Part shown: positions 26,932 through 35,523 of the stretch, in pieces
Layout of the letters: each line of letters begins with the position of its first letter
Numbering within the stretch: position 1 is the stretch's first letter
Assembly (NCBI GenBank): GCA_041661345.1
Contig: JBAZUO010000008.1
Span: 1-60,468, forward strand
Reading direction: 5' to 3'
Source: Candidatus Omnitrophota bacterium
GTDB taxonomy: Bacteria > Omnitrophota > Gorgyraeia > 2-01-FULL-45-10
Length of the DNA stretch: 60,468 bases
Notes under the pieces: generated by a model
The model's input: the letters and a program-made list of their open reading frames with translations, nothing else
What the model was told of the DNA's origin: nothing
Database searches by the model: none
Made by a program: the position numbers and the translations under genes

Positions 26932-26960
26932 TTATAAAGCTATTCCGTTTAAGTGTCAAG
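26932..26960 (-). promoter_or_regulatory. perfect-consensus sigma70 promoter (TTGACA-17-TATAAT) abutting the HD-GYP start
   Basis: On the minus strand, TTGACA (26960-26955), an exact 17-nt spacer, then TATAAT (26937-26932). Only 13 nt lie between the -10 element and the ATG at 26918, with no SD. Confidence 0.6.
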
Positions 26961-26985
26961 GACGCTACTCGCCCATTCTGCTTAT

Positions 26986-28137
26986 CTAAACCCTCTCGTA
27001 AGGCTCAAAAAACTTCTTATATTCGTCGAGCGCGTACCGGTCTGTCATGCCGGCTATATAATCGCAAATTACGCGCCGCTCGCCTTCTTTTTTCAAGCGC
27101 GCTTGAGTTGTCGGAGGAAGTTGTTCGCTTTTATCCAGATATATATTGAACAGGCTTGTAATAAAACGGTATGCCTTATTCGACATTCGCACGACCCTGT
27201 AATGCTGGTAGAGATTGGCTTTAAGAAATTCTCTCATGGTTTTTCGGGCTGCCTGCATCGAAGGTGACATCGTTACGATCCGCTTCGGGATCTTCCCCGT
27301 GTCCTGTGGGCGCCGGATATTAAATTTCCTGATGTTAGATTCTGTCTGATTCAATAGATCCGTTACCTGTGCATTGATAAGGGACCGGATGATCTGGTAC
27401 TTTTTCTTCTCTCCCTCAAGGCTATGATAATTTTTTTTGATTTCCTTTTCTTTGTCTGCCCACAATTTCACGTTTCTCAGGTCGCTTTCCTTTATAAGGC
27501 CGCTTGTGATTCCGTCATCCAGGTCATGATTATCATAGGCTATCTCATCGGCTATATCGACCGCCTGGATCTCCAGGATAGGCGATCCATTGGATTCGAA
27601 AGGTATCGCCGGCCTCGGCCGGTCAAACGGGGTGGAGTGTTTTATTATGCCTTCCCTCACCTCGTATGTGAGGTTTAGCCCGGGGAAGTTCGGATATCTT
27701 TCCTCCAGAAAATCGACGACCCTTAAACCCTGGGTGTTATGATCGAACCCGCCGTGATCTTTCATCAGTTCACAAAGCGCATCTTCTCCGGAATGGCCGA
27801 ACGGCGTGTGCCCGAGGTCGTGGGCCAGGCTTATAGCCTCGACGAGGTCTTCGTTCAGCCTCAATGCCCTGGCTATAGATCTTGCGATCTGGCAGACTTC
27901 AAGCGTGTGGGTGAGCCTGGTGCGGTAGTAATCCCCTTCGTGGTTTACGAATACCTGGGTTTTGTATTCGAGCCGCCTGAAGGCGGTCGAGTATATTATC
28001 CTGTCCTTGTCACGCTGATAACAGGATCTGTAATCGTGCTCCTCTTCTTTATAGCACCGGCCTTTCGAATGTTTGGATTTTTGCGCGTAAGGCGCCAGAG
28101 ACTCTTCTTTCTTTTCCAGATCCTTGCGTTTAAACAT
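26986..28137 (-). CDS. dgt: deoxyguanosinetriphosphate triphosphohydrolase-like protein (HD domain)
   Basis: 383 aa. YYRTRLTHTLEV...AHDLGHTPFGHSGE HD motif, typical of the short dGTPase-like family. Confidence 0.88.
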   Translation of the reverse strand: MFKRKDLEKKEESLAPYAQKSKHSKGRCYKEEEHDYRSCYQRDKDRIIYSTAFRRLEYKTQVFVNHEGDYYRTRLTHTLEVCQIARSIARALRLNEDLVEAISLAHDLGHTPFGHSGEDALCELMKDHGGFDHNTQGLRVVDFLEERYPNFPGLNLTYEVREGIIKHSTPFDRPRPAIPFESNGSPILEIQAVDIADEIAYDNHDLDDGITSGLIKESDLRNVKLWADKEKEIKKNYHSLEGEKKKYQIIRSLINAQVTDLLNQTESNIRKFNIRRPQDTGKIPKRIVTMSPSMQAARKTMREFLKANLYQHYRVVRMSNKAYRFITSLFNIYLDKSEQLPPTTQARLKKEGERRVICDYIAGMTDRYALDEYKKFFEPYERV

Positions 28138-28143
28138 TAGCTC

Positions 28144-28608
28144 TTAGGCCTTTAACAGTTTATACATCGCCTCGAGTGATTCCGATACAACTTTCGTATT
28201 GCCGAGTATGGGCATGAAGTTCGTATCGCCCGCCCACCGCGGAACTATGTGAATATGGACATGTCCGGCGAACCCTGCGCCGCCGATCCTGCCTATATTC
28301 ACACCTATATTATATCCGTCGGGTTTAAGCTTTTTATCGATCGAGCGTTTAGTTTTATTTACGAGCCTCATGAGGTCGAGGAGTTCATTATCTTTTAATA
28401 ACTCCAGGCTTTTGACATGCTTGTGCGGCGCTACCATGACATGGCCGTTATTATAGGGATAAAGGTTCAGCATCGAGAATGAGTACTTCGTGGATTCAAG
28501 AATGAATTTAGATTTGCGCACAGCCTTTTTATTGCCGCAGAATATACACTTCTTATTTGCCCTTAAGTATATATACTTGCTTCTCCACGGTGCCCATAAT
28601 TTATCCAT
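28144..28608 (-). CDS. HIT family protein (Ap4A phosphorylase-like subgroup)
   Basis: MDKLWAPWRSKYI...KCIFC N-terminus and HVHIHIVPRW histidine triad. The ATG at 28608 (GGAAGGGG SD upstream) is preferred over 28650. Confidence 0.8.
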   Translation of the reverse strand: MDKLWAPWRSKYIYLRANKKCIFCGNKKAVRKSKFILESTKYSFSMLNLYPYNNGHVMVAPHKHVKSLELLKDNELLDLMRLVNKTKRSIDKKLKPDGYNIGVNIGRIGGAGFAGHVHIHIVPRWAGDTNFMPILGNTKVVSESLEAMYKLLKA

Positions 28609-29434
28609 TTCGGAGCCCCTTCCGCTCGTTCTCCAACTTAACCTTTGCATCCTCGAAATCCTGCCTTGCGAAATCCGTATTCCACGTCTTTTCCTCGAAC
28701 GATCTTCCGGTCACGATCTTAAGGAAATTTTTGAAATCTTCATGGTAACTGCCGTAGATGTGGAAGCTGTCACTTATATCTACATATCTTCCTACGGAAA
28801 CATCCGTGTGGATCCTCTTGGATATTTTTTCAGCCATGACCCTCTGAAGGTCCGTGAGCGCAAATATATTCATGAAGCTCGCCTTGTAGGCATCCCTCGA
28901 GCGCCAATGCGTATTCATGTCGAGCGAATATTTATTGCCATCCTGTTTGACGAGCCTCGCCCAGATCCTTTGCAGGCACGGGGGGTCATCCGTTACGGGA
29001 TCTGATTTCGGATTCCACGTTATACCCTGAGCTCTGCGAGAATAAGGCGTCTCGGATAATTTTTTTATCATGTAATCGATCTGATCGATAGACTGCCCTT
29101 CGATATTATAGCCGGTCAACCTCTGATGATACGTGTAAGTCCATTTTCCTTCCTCGGGTTTTATCCAGTGATCATGAATACCATCGACCACCTCCTGCCT
29201 GTAGACTTCCAAGTCTTCGAGGCCGCCGGGAAATGCCCTGTGTATGCGGGGCTCTTTCATCGGATCATTGACAATCATGATCATCGTGCAATCCTTACTT
29301 GGCGGGTCATCCTTTTTATCGTATTCGGTCTTTATATCAAGCCCGTCCTCCCAGGTAGCCACAACTGCTTTCTCCCAGGCTTCCGGAAGCGTTGCGCCTT
29401 CCGCTTTTATTACGGGTATCTGGTTTATCTTCAT
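28601..29434 (-). CDS. thymidylate synthase family protein (archaeal-type/divergent ThyA-like)
   Basis: 277 aa. SRRAQGITWNP, DPPCLQ (catalytic Cys context), HWRSRDAY and FHIYG motifs fit the ThyA-fold family. The substrate (dUMP versus other) cannot be fixed from sequence alone. Confidence 0.65.
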   Translation of the reverse strand: MKINQIPVIKAEGATLPEAWEKAVVATWEDGLDIKTEYDKKDDPPSKDCTMIMIVNDPMKEPRIHRAFPGGLEDLEVYRQEVVDGIHDHWIKPEEGKWTYTYHQRLTGYNIEGQSIDQIDYMIKKLSETPYSRRAQGITWNPKSDPVTDDPPCLQRIWARLVKQDGNKYSLDMNTHWRSRDAYKASFMNIFALTDLQRVMAEKISKRIHTDVSVGRYVDISDSFHIYGSYHEDFKNFLKIVTGRSFEEKTWNTDFARQDFEDAKVKLENERKGLRNG

Positions 29435-29913
29435 ATTTTTATTATCTTTCCTTCTATCCCTGCATCCGTTACATCTAGGATGCCGTACGAATTGGTCTTA
29501 GCAAATATCTTGTCCGTAGGGCTGCCCGGGTTAAAGAACAATACACCGTCTTTAACTACATTGACGCTCGCATGAGAGTGCCCAAAAATTATCACATCCA
29601 CATTTTTGAATTCGCCTTTTACCGTATCCATAAGGTCTGCCGGCGCACCATAACCGTGAATGACCCCGATCTTGAATTTACCCACCTGAATTATCTCCTT
29701 CTGATTCAGAGTGTGGCTTATGTCGCTTGGATCCATATTTCCACAAACAGCGGTTGTGGGCCTTAAGCTCTTCAATTTCTCCAGGACATCCTTATCCACA
29801 ATATCGCCTGCATGGATTATCATATCGACCTGCCCTATAGCTTCATATATCTCCTTGGGGAGGTCGTGTGCTGCCCTCGGGATATGCGTATCGGATATAA
29901 CCAGTATCTTCAT
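29431..29913 (-). CDS. YfcE/MJ0936-family metallophosphoesterase
   Basis: 160 aa. MKILVISDTHIP, HAGDIVD, GNMD and GHSH motifs. Confidence 0.85.
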   Translation of the reverse strand: MKILVISDTHIPRAAHDLPKEIYEAIGQVDMIIHAGDIVDKDVLEKLKSLRPTTAVCGNMDPSDISHTLNQKEIIQVGKFKIGVIHGYGAPADLMDTVKGEFKNVDVIIFGHSHASVNVVKDGVLFFNPGSPTDKIFAKTNSYGILDVTDAGIEGKIIKI

Positions 29914-31545
29914 TTACAGTACCACCATCTTTTTTTTGCCATAAAAACCGAAGATCGAATTCAGGATACCTATATCCCAAATGGCGAGCTTGAGTTCTTT
30001 GGCAAGCAGCTTAGCGTTCTCATCTATACCCCTTAGCGGGATAATCACCCTGTTCGATGCCTTCACCGACAGTGATTTAACGTTCTTTATATAATTAACG
30101 ATGTCGTTTTCGTTAACGCAATTTTTATATGTTTCAGCTATCCAGTAATTACCGCGAAAAGACGCGGCCACGGCTTTTGATGAATCGGCGAATGTCTTTA
30201 CCTCGACCTTCGTGAAGCGGGGCAGCCTCGCGTTCTTTCCGTCTATTGCAACGAGTTCGCCGCAGAAGATATTGAATAACTCCGCTATCCTTTCCTCCGG
30301 GGCAAGCCCAAAATCATGTTCGAAGCCGGCGATATGGCTCACTACCTCTTTCTTGAATAGCGTCATCTTGTCAAAAGTCCCGTCGATCAACAGGTCCCTG
30401 CGTCGTTTGTATACGTTCTTAAGCCAGAATTCGAGCATAGCGTCTTCTATCTCGTAGAATATACCGTTTTTAGATATCAGGCCGATCTCCGACAGGTGCG
30501 CCACGGCTTTAGATGTGTCCTGGAGTTTCGTTTTTAATGCGCGAGCTATCTCCTGCTGTTTATTGATCCCGCTGGCTATCGATATCAGTACATCCATGTG
30601 GAAATTCTTATCTTTTGTATCGAGTATGCTTAAGAGGTAATTGATGAGGTATTGATGTATCGCTCCGTTCGCGTTATATACAAGCTCTATGATGGCATCG
30701 GCTATCGCGTCGGCCTCTATGTGGCCCGACATTTTTCCCGCGGCGATCTCCTTAATCTTCAACGTGATCCTGTCCAAGTAGAATGGGTTTCCGCCGGTGA
30801 ATGCGGTGAGGAAACTTCTTATTACCTCAGGGACATCAAATCCGGAAAATCTTATGCCGAGGAATGCGGCGGATGTTTTAAAATCGAAGTTCCTGACCTT
30901 CACGACCTCAAAATTACCGAAAAGAAGCGATAACTTCTCGGATATTATCTTCTTGATCGCCTCATTCCTGGAGCTCGAAACGATATACATAGTATCCTTC
31001 TGGACCATGATGATCTTGCCGAATCCCAGGAATGGATTCTTAATACCTAAATTTTCGAGATTGTCGAATTCGTCCAATATCACAACGCATGAAAGGGCGG
31101 TCTCAGACTTAAGCGTCGAGGTAAGGGCCAGGAGCCCCAGGTATGCCTCGTCAAGCTCGCCGTTGCCTACCAAGGAGAGCACCTGTTTTATAGCGGCGTG
31201 CGTTTTCGGCAGCATCCTTTGCGCACGCTCCAATAGGTCGGATATATCTATGCTTACGTCTTCTCCGAGTCTTTGAAGCGTGTTGTATAAAAGGGTTGCT
31301 ATGAACTTATTGGCGAATGAATCAAACCCTTCCTTGACGATCTCGACATAGACCGGCACAAAGCCTTCGTTTTTAGCCATGTGCAGGAAGTGGAGTATAA
31401 TAGAGGATTTTCCGGCAAGGCTCGGGCCGGTTAACGCTACGTTCTGCCGGTAGCCTTCCTTGAGGGCCAGCACGCGTTTATTCAGAAGCTCGAGAACTTC
31501 TTCTCTTCCGAAAAATTTCTCCCCTACAGCTGGTTCACTGAACAT
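29914..31545 (-). CDS. archaeal-type ATPase (PF01637-like) with winged helix and DUF234-like C-terminal domain
   Basis: 543 aa. FFGREEVLELL..., Walker A GPSLAGKSS, Walker B VVILDEFDNL. A wHTH-like segment (QQEIARALKTKLQDTSKAVAHLSEIGLISK) is followed by a ~170-aa C-terminal domain. Confidence 0.6.
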   Translation of the reverse strand: MFSEPAVGEKFFGREEVLELLNKRVLALKEGYRQNVALTGPSLAGKSSIILHFLHMAKNEGFVPVYVEIVKEGFDSFANKFIATLLYNTLQRLGEDVSIDISDLLERAQRMLPKTHAAIKQVLSLVGNGELDEAYLGLLALTSTLKSETALSCVVILDEFDNLENLGIKNPFLGFGKIIMVQKDTMYIVSSSRNEAIKKIISEKLSLLFGNFEVVKVRNFDFKTSAAFLGIRFSGFDVPEVIRSFLTAFTGGNPFYLDRITLKIKEIAAGKMSGHIEADAIADAIIELVYNANGAIHQYLINYLLSILDTKDKNFHMDVLISIASGINKQQEIARALKTKLQDTSKAVAHLSEIGLISKNGIFYEIEDAMLEFWLKNVYKRRRDLLIDGTFDKMTLFKKEVVSHIAGFEHDFGLAPEERIAELFNIFCGELVAIDGKNARLPRFTKVEVKTFADSSKAVAASFRGNYWIAETYKNCVNENDIVNYIKNVKSLSVKASNRVIIPLRGIDENAKLLAKELKLAIWDIGILNSIFGFYGKKKMVVL

Positions 31546-31554
31546 ATCCTTATC

Positions 31555-32214
31555 CTATCGTGACAGATAATACATCGGATTTCGAGGTTTTCCGTCTTTG
31601 CGTATCTCGAAATGAAGCGACGCTTCTTTAGCCCTGCCGCTCCTGCCCACTCTCGCTATTATATCACGCCGTGACACGTTGTCTCCGACTTTTACTAGTA
31701 TTTCGGAATTGTATGAATATACGGTCTGATAATTATCACCGTGATCCAGTATTACGGTCTTACCAAATCCCTTGAGATGAGAATCGCAGTAGACCACGCG
31801 TCCCGACCTCGAAGCCGTTACGCTCGCCCCATCCGGCGCTTGTATATCTATGCCCTTATTTATAGCGTTGTCTATTTTATCACCATAGGATGCGATCGTA
31901 CAGCCCTTTACCGGCCAGATGAAGGATTCACTTGAATATGAAAGATTGCGAGGTTCTTTAGGTTTTAATGTCGCAGGTATAATAAGGACCTGTCCGCGCT
32001 CTATGGCGCTCGAGTCATGGATAGAATTGGCTTTTAATATCGTGTCCATGTCTACCCCGTACATCCTGGAAATACTCCATACCGTATCGCCGGGCCTTAC
32101 GGTATAATGAATCCCTCTGATATTGGATGTAGGCGGCGTTGCAATCGGACGCGTAGGCGCGCTGGCGCATCCGGAGAGAAATGAAATAAAAAGCATTGTC
32201 AATAATACTTTCAT
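31555..32214 (-). CDS. LysM domain-containing M23 peptidase lipoprotein (NlpD-like)
   Basis: 219 aa. LSGCAS lipobox, LysM (YTVRPGDTVWSISRMYGVDMDTILKAN), and M23 motifs GIDIQAP...LHFEIR. Confidence 0.85.
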   Translation of the reverse strand: MKVLLTMLFISFLSGCASAPTRPIATPPTSNIRGIHYTVRPGDTVWSISRMYGVDMDTILKANSIHDSSAIERGQVLIIPATLKPKEPRNLSYSSESFIWPVKGCTIASYGDKIDNAINKGIDIQAPDGASVTASRSGRVVYCDSHLKGFGKTVILDHGDNYQTVYSYNSEILVKVGDNVSRRDIIARVGRSGRAKEASLHFEIRKDGKPRNPMYYLSR

Positions 32215-32225
32215 ACGATACTTTC

Positions 32226-32299
32226 TGGAGCGGGTGAAGGGAATCGAACCCTCGTATCTAGCTTGGGAAGCTAGCGCTCTGCCATTGAGCTACGCCCGC
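32226..32299 (-). tRNA. tRNA-Gly (anticodon CCC), CCA encoded
   Basis: Reverse complement GCGGGCGTAGCTCAATGGCAGAGCGCTAGCTTCCCAAGCTAGATACGAGGGTTCGATTCCCTTCACCCGCTCCA folds as a cloverleaf. The anticodon loop is TTCCCAA. It is very similar to E. coli tRNA-Gly(CCC) apart from a C6-A67 mismatch. Confidence 0.9.
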
Positions 32300-32375
32300 G
32301 ATTTGCTGCTGTTTGCCCGTAGGCAAATCGTCCCGAGGATGCAGCAGTCTTTCTGCTAGCATCCGAGGGACTACC

Positions 32376-33278
32376 TTAAAATTTTGTTATCTCCTTAAAA
32401 TGATTATAACGTTCGTCGATCTCTCTTGTTGTAATATCCAGTAGCCTGTTGACACTGAAGTCCTCGACCGCGAAAGACGCCAGTATGCTGCCGTACACTA
32501 CACTCTTTCTGATACTGGGCTCATCTATTTTCTTCTGCCTGCTTAAGAATCCGACCATTCCGCCCGCGAACGTATCGCCCGCGCCTGTCGGATCGTAGAC
32601 GGATTCCAGTAAATACGCAGGCGCGATAAAATGAGATTTTTTCGAAAAATATATGACGCCGTGTTCGCCCTTCTTTATCACTACCGCCTTGGGCCCCATC
32701 GATACTACAAGGCGAGCGGCCTTCATAAGATTCGACTCACCCGTAAACTGGCGTGCCTCGGCATCATTCAATAGCAGTACGTCTACTTTATCCAGCAACA
32801 ACTCGAAGTCGCGCCTCTTGTGCGTTATCCAATAGTTCATCGAATCGCATGCGATAAGCTTGGGACGTTTGATCTGCTTTAGCACGTTATATTGCAGTAC
32901 CGGATCGATATTTGCAAGGAATACGAATTCGGACTCTCTTAAACTTTTTGGGATCTCGGGTTTGAAATTTTTAAAGACATTCAGATGCGTATAGATGGTG
33001 TGGGCGGTATTGAGATCGTAATTATATTTTCCCTTCCACCTGAACGTCTTCTGCCCCCGGGCTACGTGCAAGCCCGCCGTACCGATACCTTTATTCTTAA
33101 ATAGCGTCATATATTTTTTTGGGAAATCCGATCCGACCGTGGCTATTATGTCCACCTTATTGAAGAAGGACGCCGCCATCGAGAAATAAGTCGCGGACCC
33201 CCCGAGCGCCTCATCCCTTTTGCCGAACGGCGTCTCGATCGAATCTATAGCAACCGAACCGACTACTAAGATACTCAT
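32376..33278 (-). CDS. PfkB-family carbohydrate/nucleoside kinase
   Basis: 300 aa. N-terminal GG dipeptide context and C-terminal DPTGAGDTFAGG signature. Confidence 0.85.
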   Translation of the reverse strand: MSILVVGSVAIDSIETPFGKRDEALGGSATYFSMAASFFNKVDIIATVGSDFPKKYMTLFKNKGIGTAGLHVARGQKTFRWKGKYNYDLNTAHTIYTHLNVFKNFKPEIPKSLRESEFVFLANIDPVLQYNVLKQIKRPKLIACDSMNYWITHKRRDFELLLDKVDVLLLNDAEARQFTGESNLMKAARLVVSMGPKAVVIKKGEHGVIYFSKKSHFIAPAYLLESVYDPTGAGDTFAGGMVGFLSRQKKIDEPSIRKSVVYGSILASFAVEDFSVNRLLDITTREIDERYNHFKEITKF

Positions 33279-33285
33279 TTATACC

Positions 33286-33618
33286 TCAATGGTTTCTACG
33301 GGCGGCATACGTGAAGCATGAAAAATACCTTCTCCACAACGCTTCCGTAGACCTAAACTGATTATTTCCAAAAAAGTAATCTACCACCGCTTCGCGCAAT
33401 CGAGCAAGCTCTTTCAAGCGAGCAAGGCTCGTCGCGCCTTCCAAAGTTAGATCCAATAACTCAAGGCCGCGCTCAAAGGCCTTCTGGCAATAGGCGGAGT
33501 TATTCTTCACCTGCCAGTTTAATGCGCGCTCCACTTCGCTGCCAATATTCGCCATCTGTTCGACAAATGGCATTTTGTTCCAGCGTCCCGCGGCAAGATC
33601 TTTGTGCTGATAGCTCAT
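33286..33618 (-). CDS. conserved hypothetical helical protein
   Basis: 110 aa, helical by eye with no motif I can name. 4-nt overlap with the upstream DUF5674-like gene. Confidence 0.5.
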   Translation of the reverse strand: MSYQHKDLAAGRWNKMPFVEQMANIGSEVERALNWQVKNNSAYCQKAFERGLELLDLTLEGATSLARLKELARLREAVVDYFFGNNQFRSTEALWRRYFSCFTYAARRNH

Positions 33619-33956
33619 TGCTTAACCTTCTTCGCGGCTACTTCAATGATCTTCTTCCGCAGCGCCTCATTCTCTACGCCGCGGCTTCTATTGCCCTGAG
33701 ATGGGCGCATATTTATCATGGAATCAAATTCAATAAAATTGTCCCCACTCATATCCGGGTAAAAGTTTATTCCCCAAAGGCTTTTTTGTTTCGACCCATT
33801 ATCTAATAGCAATGCTTCCAGGTCAGAATGAAGCTCAGCGTCCACTGCAATAATTTGCCTGTCAACATCGACAACCGCTTTTACCATGTTCCCAAACAGG
33901 TTGGTAGCCATTTGCTTAAGCTCGCCGATTGTTATTGTTTCAGTTATTATTTTCAT
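33615..33956 (-). CDS. hypothetical protein (possibly DUF5674 family)
   Basis: 113 aa. The family assignment is from memory of similar CPR/candidate-phylum proteins and is tentative. Confidence 0.45.
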   Translation of the reverse strand: MKIITETITIGELKQMATNLFGNMVKAVVDVDRQIIAVDAELHSDLEALLLDNGSKQKSLWGINFYPDMSGDNFIEFDSMINMRPSQGNRSRGVENEALRKKIIEVAAKKVKQ

Positions 33957-33959
33957 TTG

Positions 33960-34370
33960 TTATTTTTTCACCTTAAACGTACTGTAACTACGTCTGCTTT
34001 TCCTGCCCTCATCGTAAACTTGTTTCAGTGTCCAGGTGTAAGTCTTTCCATTCTCGAACGTCTTCGAGGGAAGGCTTTTCGCGTATTGTTCCGAAGGAAC
34101 CTCTTCCTTATATACGAGCGCGGATTCAACGAGGTTTGAACCTTCATATAATCTGAAATCATAAAATCTCCTAAAGCCTCTGGTGCTTTCGTGCGAGCTC
34201 CATTTGAATTCAAGCGAATCTTTTCCGGTAAGATCGACCGAATCATTTACCGGTGATATGAGAACCGGCTCCGGTACTTCCTCCGCCCCTCTTTCGCGCC
34301 CCATCATTCTCGGCATCGCAATGGGCGCCCACAAACAAATTATAGCCAGAATTATGATAGCCGATTTCAT
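33960..34370 (-). CDS. secreted hypothetical protein
   Basis: 136 aa. Signal peptide MKSAIIILAIICLWAPIAMP and a beta-rich mature domain. Confidence 0.5.
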   Translation of the reverse strand: MKSAIIILAIICLWAPIAMPRMMGRERGAEEVPEPVLISPVNDSVDLTGKDSLEFKWSSHESTRGFRRFYDFRLYEGSNLVESALVYKEEVPSEQYAKSLPSKTFENGKTYTWTLKQVYDEGRKSRRSYSTFKVKK

Positions 34371-34552
34371 TTACACTCTCCTCGAGCATGGCCGCAGGAG
34401 CAGGAGGTATGGCACAGCTTGTGCTCTACTTCGCCAAGCCTATGGCATAGATCCGCCTGTATTATGCACGAACCTACGATATACGCGGCAATCGCCGCGG
34501 CCAGCAGTTTCTTATAAACCGGCCTGATGGTAGTTCCTTTCAGATATTTCAT
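34367..34552 (-). CDS. small membrane protein with Cys/His-rich C-terminus
   Basis: The start at MKYLKG (34552) avoids overlap with the upstream gene. One TM helix, then CHRLGEVEHKLCHTSCSCGHARGEC. Confidence 0.4.
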   Translation of the reverse strand: MKYLKGTTIRPVYKKLLAAAIAAYIVGSCIIQADLCHRLGEVEHKLCHTSCSCGHARGECK

Positions 34553-34556
34553 AAGC

Positions 34557-34982
34557 TCATTTCTCCTTATCTGCATCGTATATAGCGGCGATTATTATTC
34601 CTTTAATAGGTAATTCGATCAAGCCCGTAATAGTCCAATAGATAATAACGCCTGTGGCCACCGTCATAAAAGCATGGGTTACGAACATTCCCGGCAATGT
34701 GCTAACCGCCCATAGGCACAATCCAAAGATGAGCCCCTTAGCAATTTTATTCTTGCCGGGGATGCCTTTACTGAGAAGGGCGTAAACAATCGCTAGAACG
34801 ATATTGACTAAAAAGCTTCCTATGTAATATCCCACTCCCGGGGGGCCATCCATAGTTCTCCAGACATTTGTCGGTTCAATTTTGTAAACCCAATTAAACA
34901 GCCATCCGCATGTAACTGCCCCAAAAATCGCGCCGAATATCGACACTGCCAGTGAAGCGATAAGTACTTTTCCTATCTTCAT
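34557..34982 (-). CDS. integral membrane protein (4 predicted TM)
   Basis: 141 aa, hydrophobic throughout, with no recognisable motif. Confidence 0.5.
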   Translation of the reverse strand: MKIGKVLIASLAVSIFGAIFGAVTCGWLFNWVYKIEPTNVWRTMDGPPGVGYYIGSFLVNIVLAIVYALLSKGIPGKNKIAKGLIFGLCLWAVSTLPGMFVTHAFMTVATGVIIYWTITGLIELPIKGIIIAAIYDADKEK

Positions 34983-35000
34983 ACCACGTTTCCTTTTATA

Positions 35001-35501
35001 CTAATCAACCATAACCTTAAAGGCTGTTAATTCGGATTTTCCAGTCCAGTCACCCTTGCATTGCACTTTGTAGCCGCAGGCAAATAATTCAATCGGTATT
35101 ATGACGTGACCCGGCCCTTCCAGCCAGGCATTAGCCGTAATTTTTATAACAATTCCTCCGATGGCAAGCTCCCTTTTTTTGGTGTCTACAGCCGTTATTT
35201 TGCCTTTGATGGCCCCGCTCTCAGCCTGCTTTCTATCTATTTTTTGTGCCTTCATCTCCGATAGGCCGGTAAATTTTCCGTCCACCTCGACATAATCTCC
35301 CGATACGATATTCTCAAGCGCAAGAGGGTAGTCTTGTTCATTCTCTATCCATGCGTCGGCCGCTTTTATTGTTACGCCGGAAATCTGCAGTTCCTTTTTA
35401 GAGGAATCCACAGAGCTTACCTTACCCCTAATTTCGTCCGCTAAGCAGGTTCCCGCTGCTACAAAAACCATTAAAAATATCATCGCTGTCTTTTTATCCA
35501 T
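35001..35501 (-). CDS. secreted protein with two DUF5666-like repeats
   Basis: The ATG at 35501 (GGGAG SD, signal peptide MDKKTAMIFLMVFVAAGTCLA) is preferred. There is an internal duplication: GKVSSVDSSKKELQISGVTIKAADAWIE versus GKITAVDTKKRELAIGGIVIKITANAWLE. Confidence 0.55.
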   Translation of the reverse strand: MDKKTAMIFLMVFVAAGTCLADEIRGKVSSVDSSKKELQISGVTIKAADAWIENEQDYPLALENIVSGDYVEVDGKFTGLSEMKAQKIDRKQAESGAIKGKITAVDTKKRELAIGGIVIKITANAWLEGPGHVIIPIELFACGYKVQCKGDWTGKSELTAFKVMVD

Positions 35502-35523
35502 ATAGCTCCCACTTATTTTCATT

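Noticed and set aside
26986-31545. Reading the dGTPase/HIT/ThyA-like/phosphoesterase/ATPase operon as a bona fide phage-defence island.
   Set aside because: It has no flanking mobile-element genes, no obvious compositional break and no recognised defence-system signature genes. The dGTPase-like and ThyA-like genes may be the genome's housekeeping copies. It is reported only as a hedged possibility.
34025-34246. Alternative-frame minus-strand ORFs nested in real genes: 34025-34246, 47459-47653, 24198-24380, 17209-17391, 17450-17821, 17712-17939, 57376-57831.
   Set aside because: They are fully embedded in, or antisense to, longer ORFs with clear homology or features. Their composition is Arg-rich or low-complexity.
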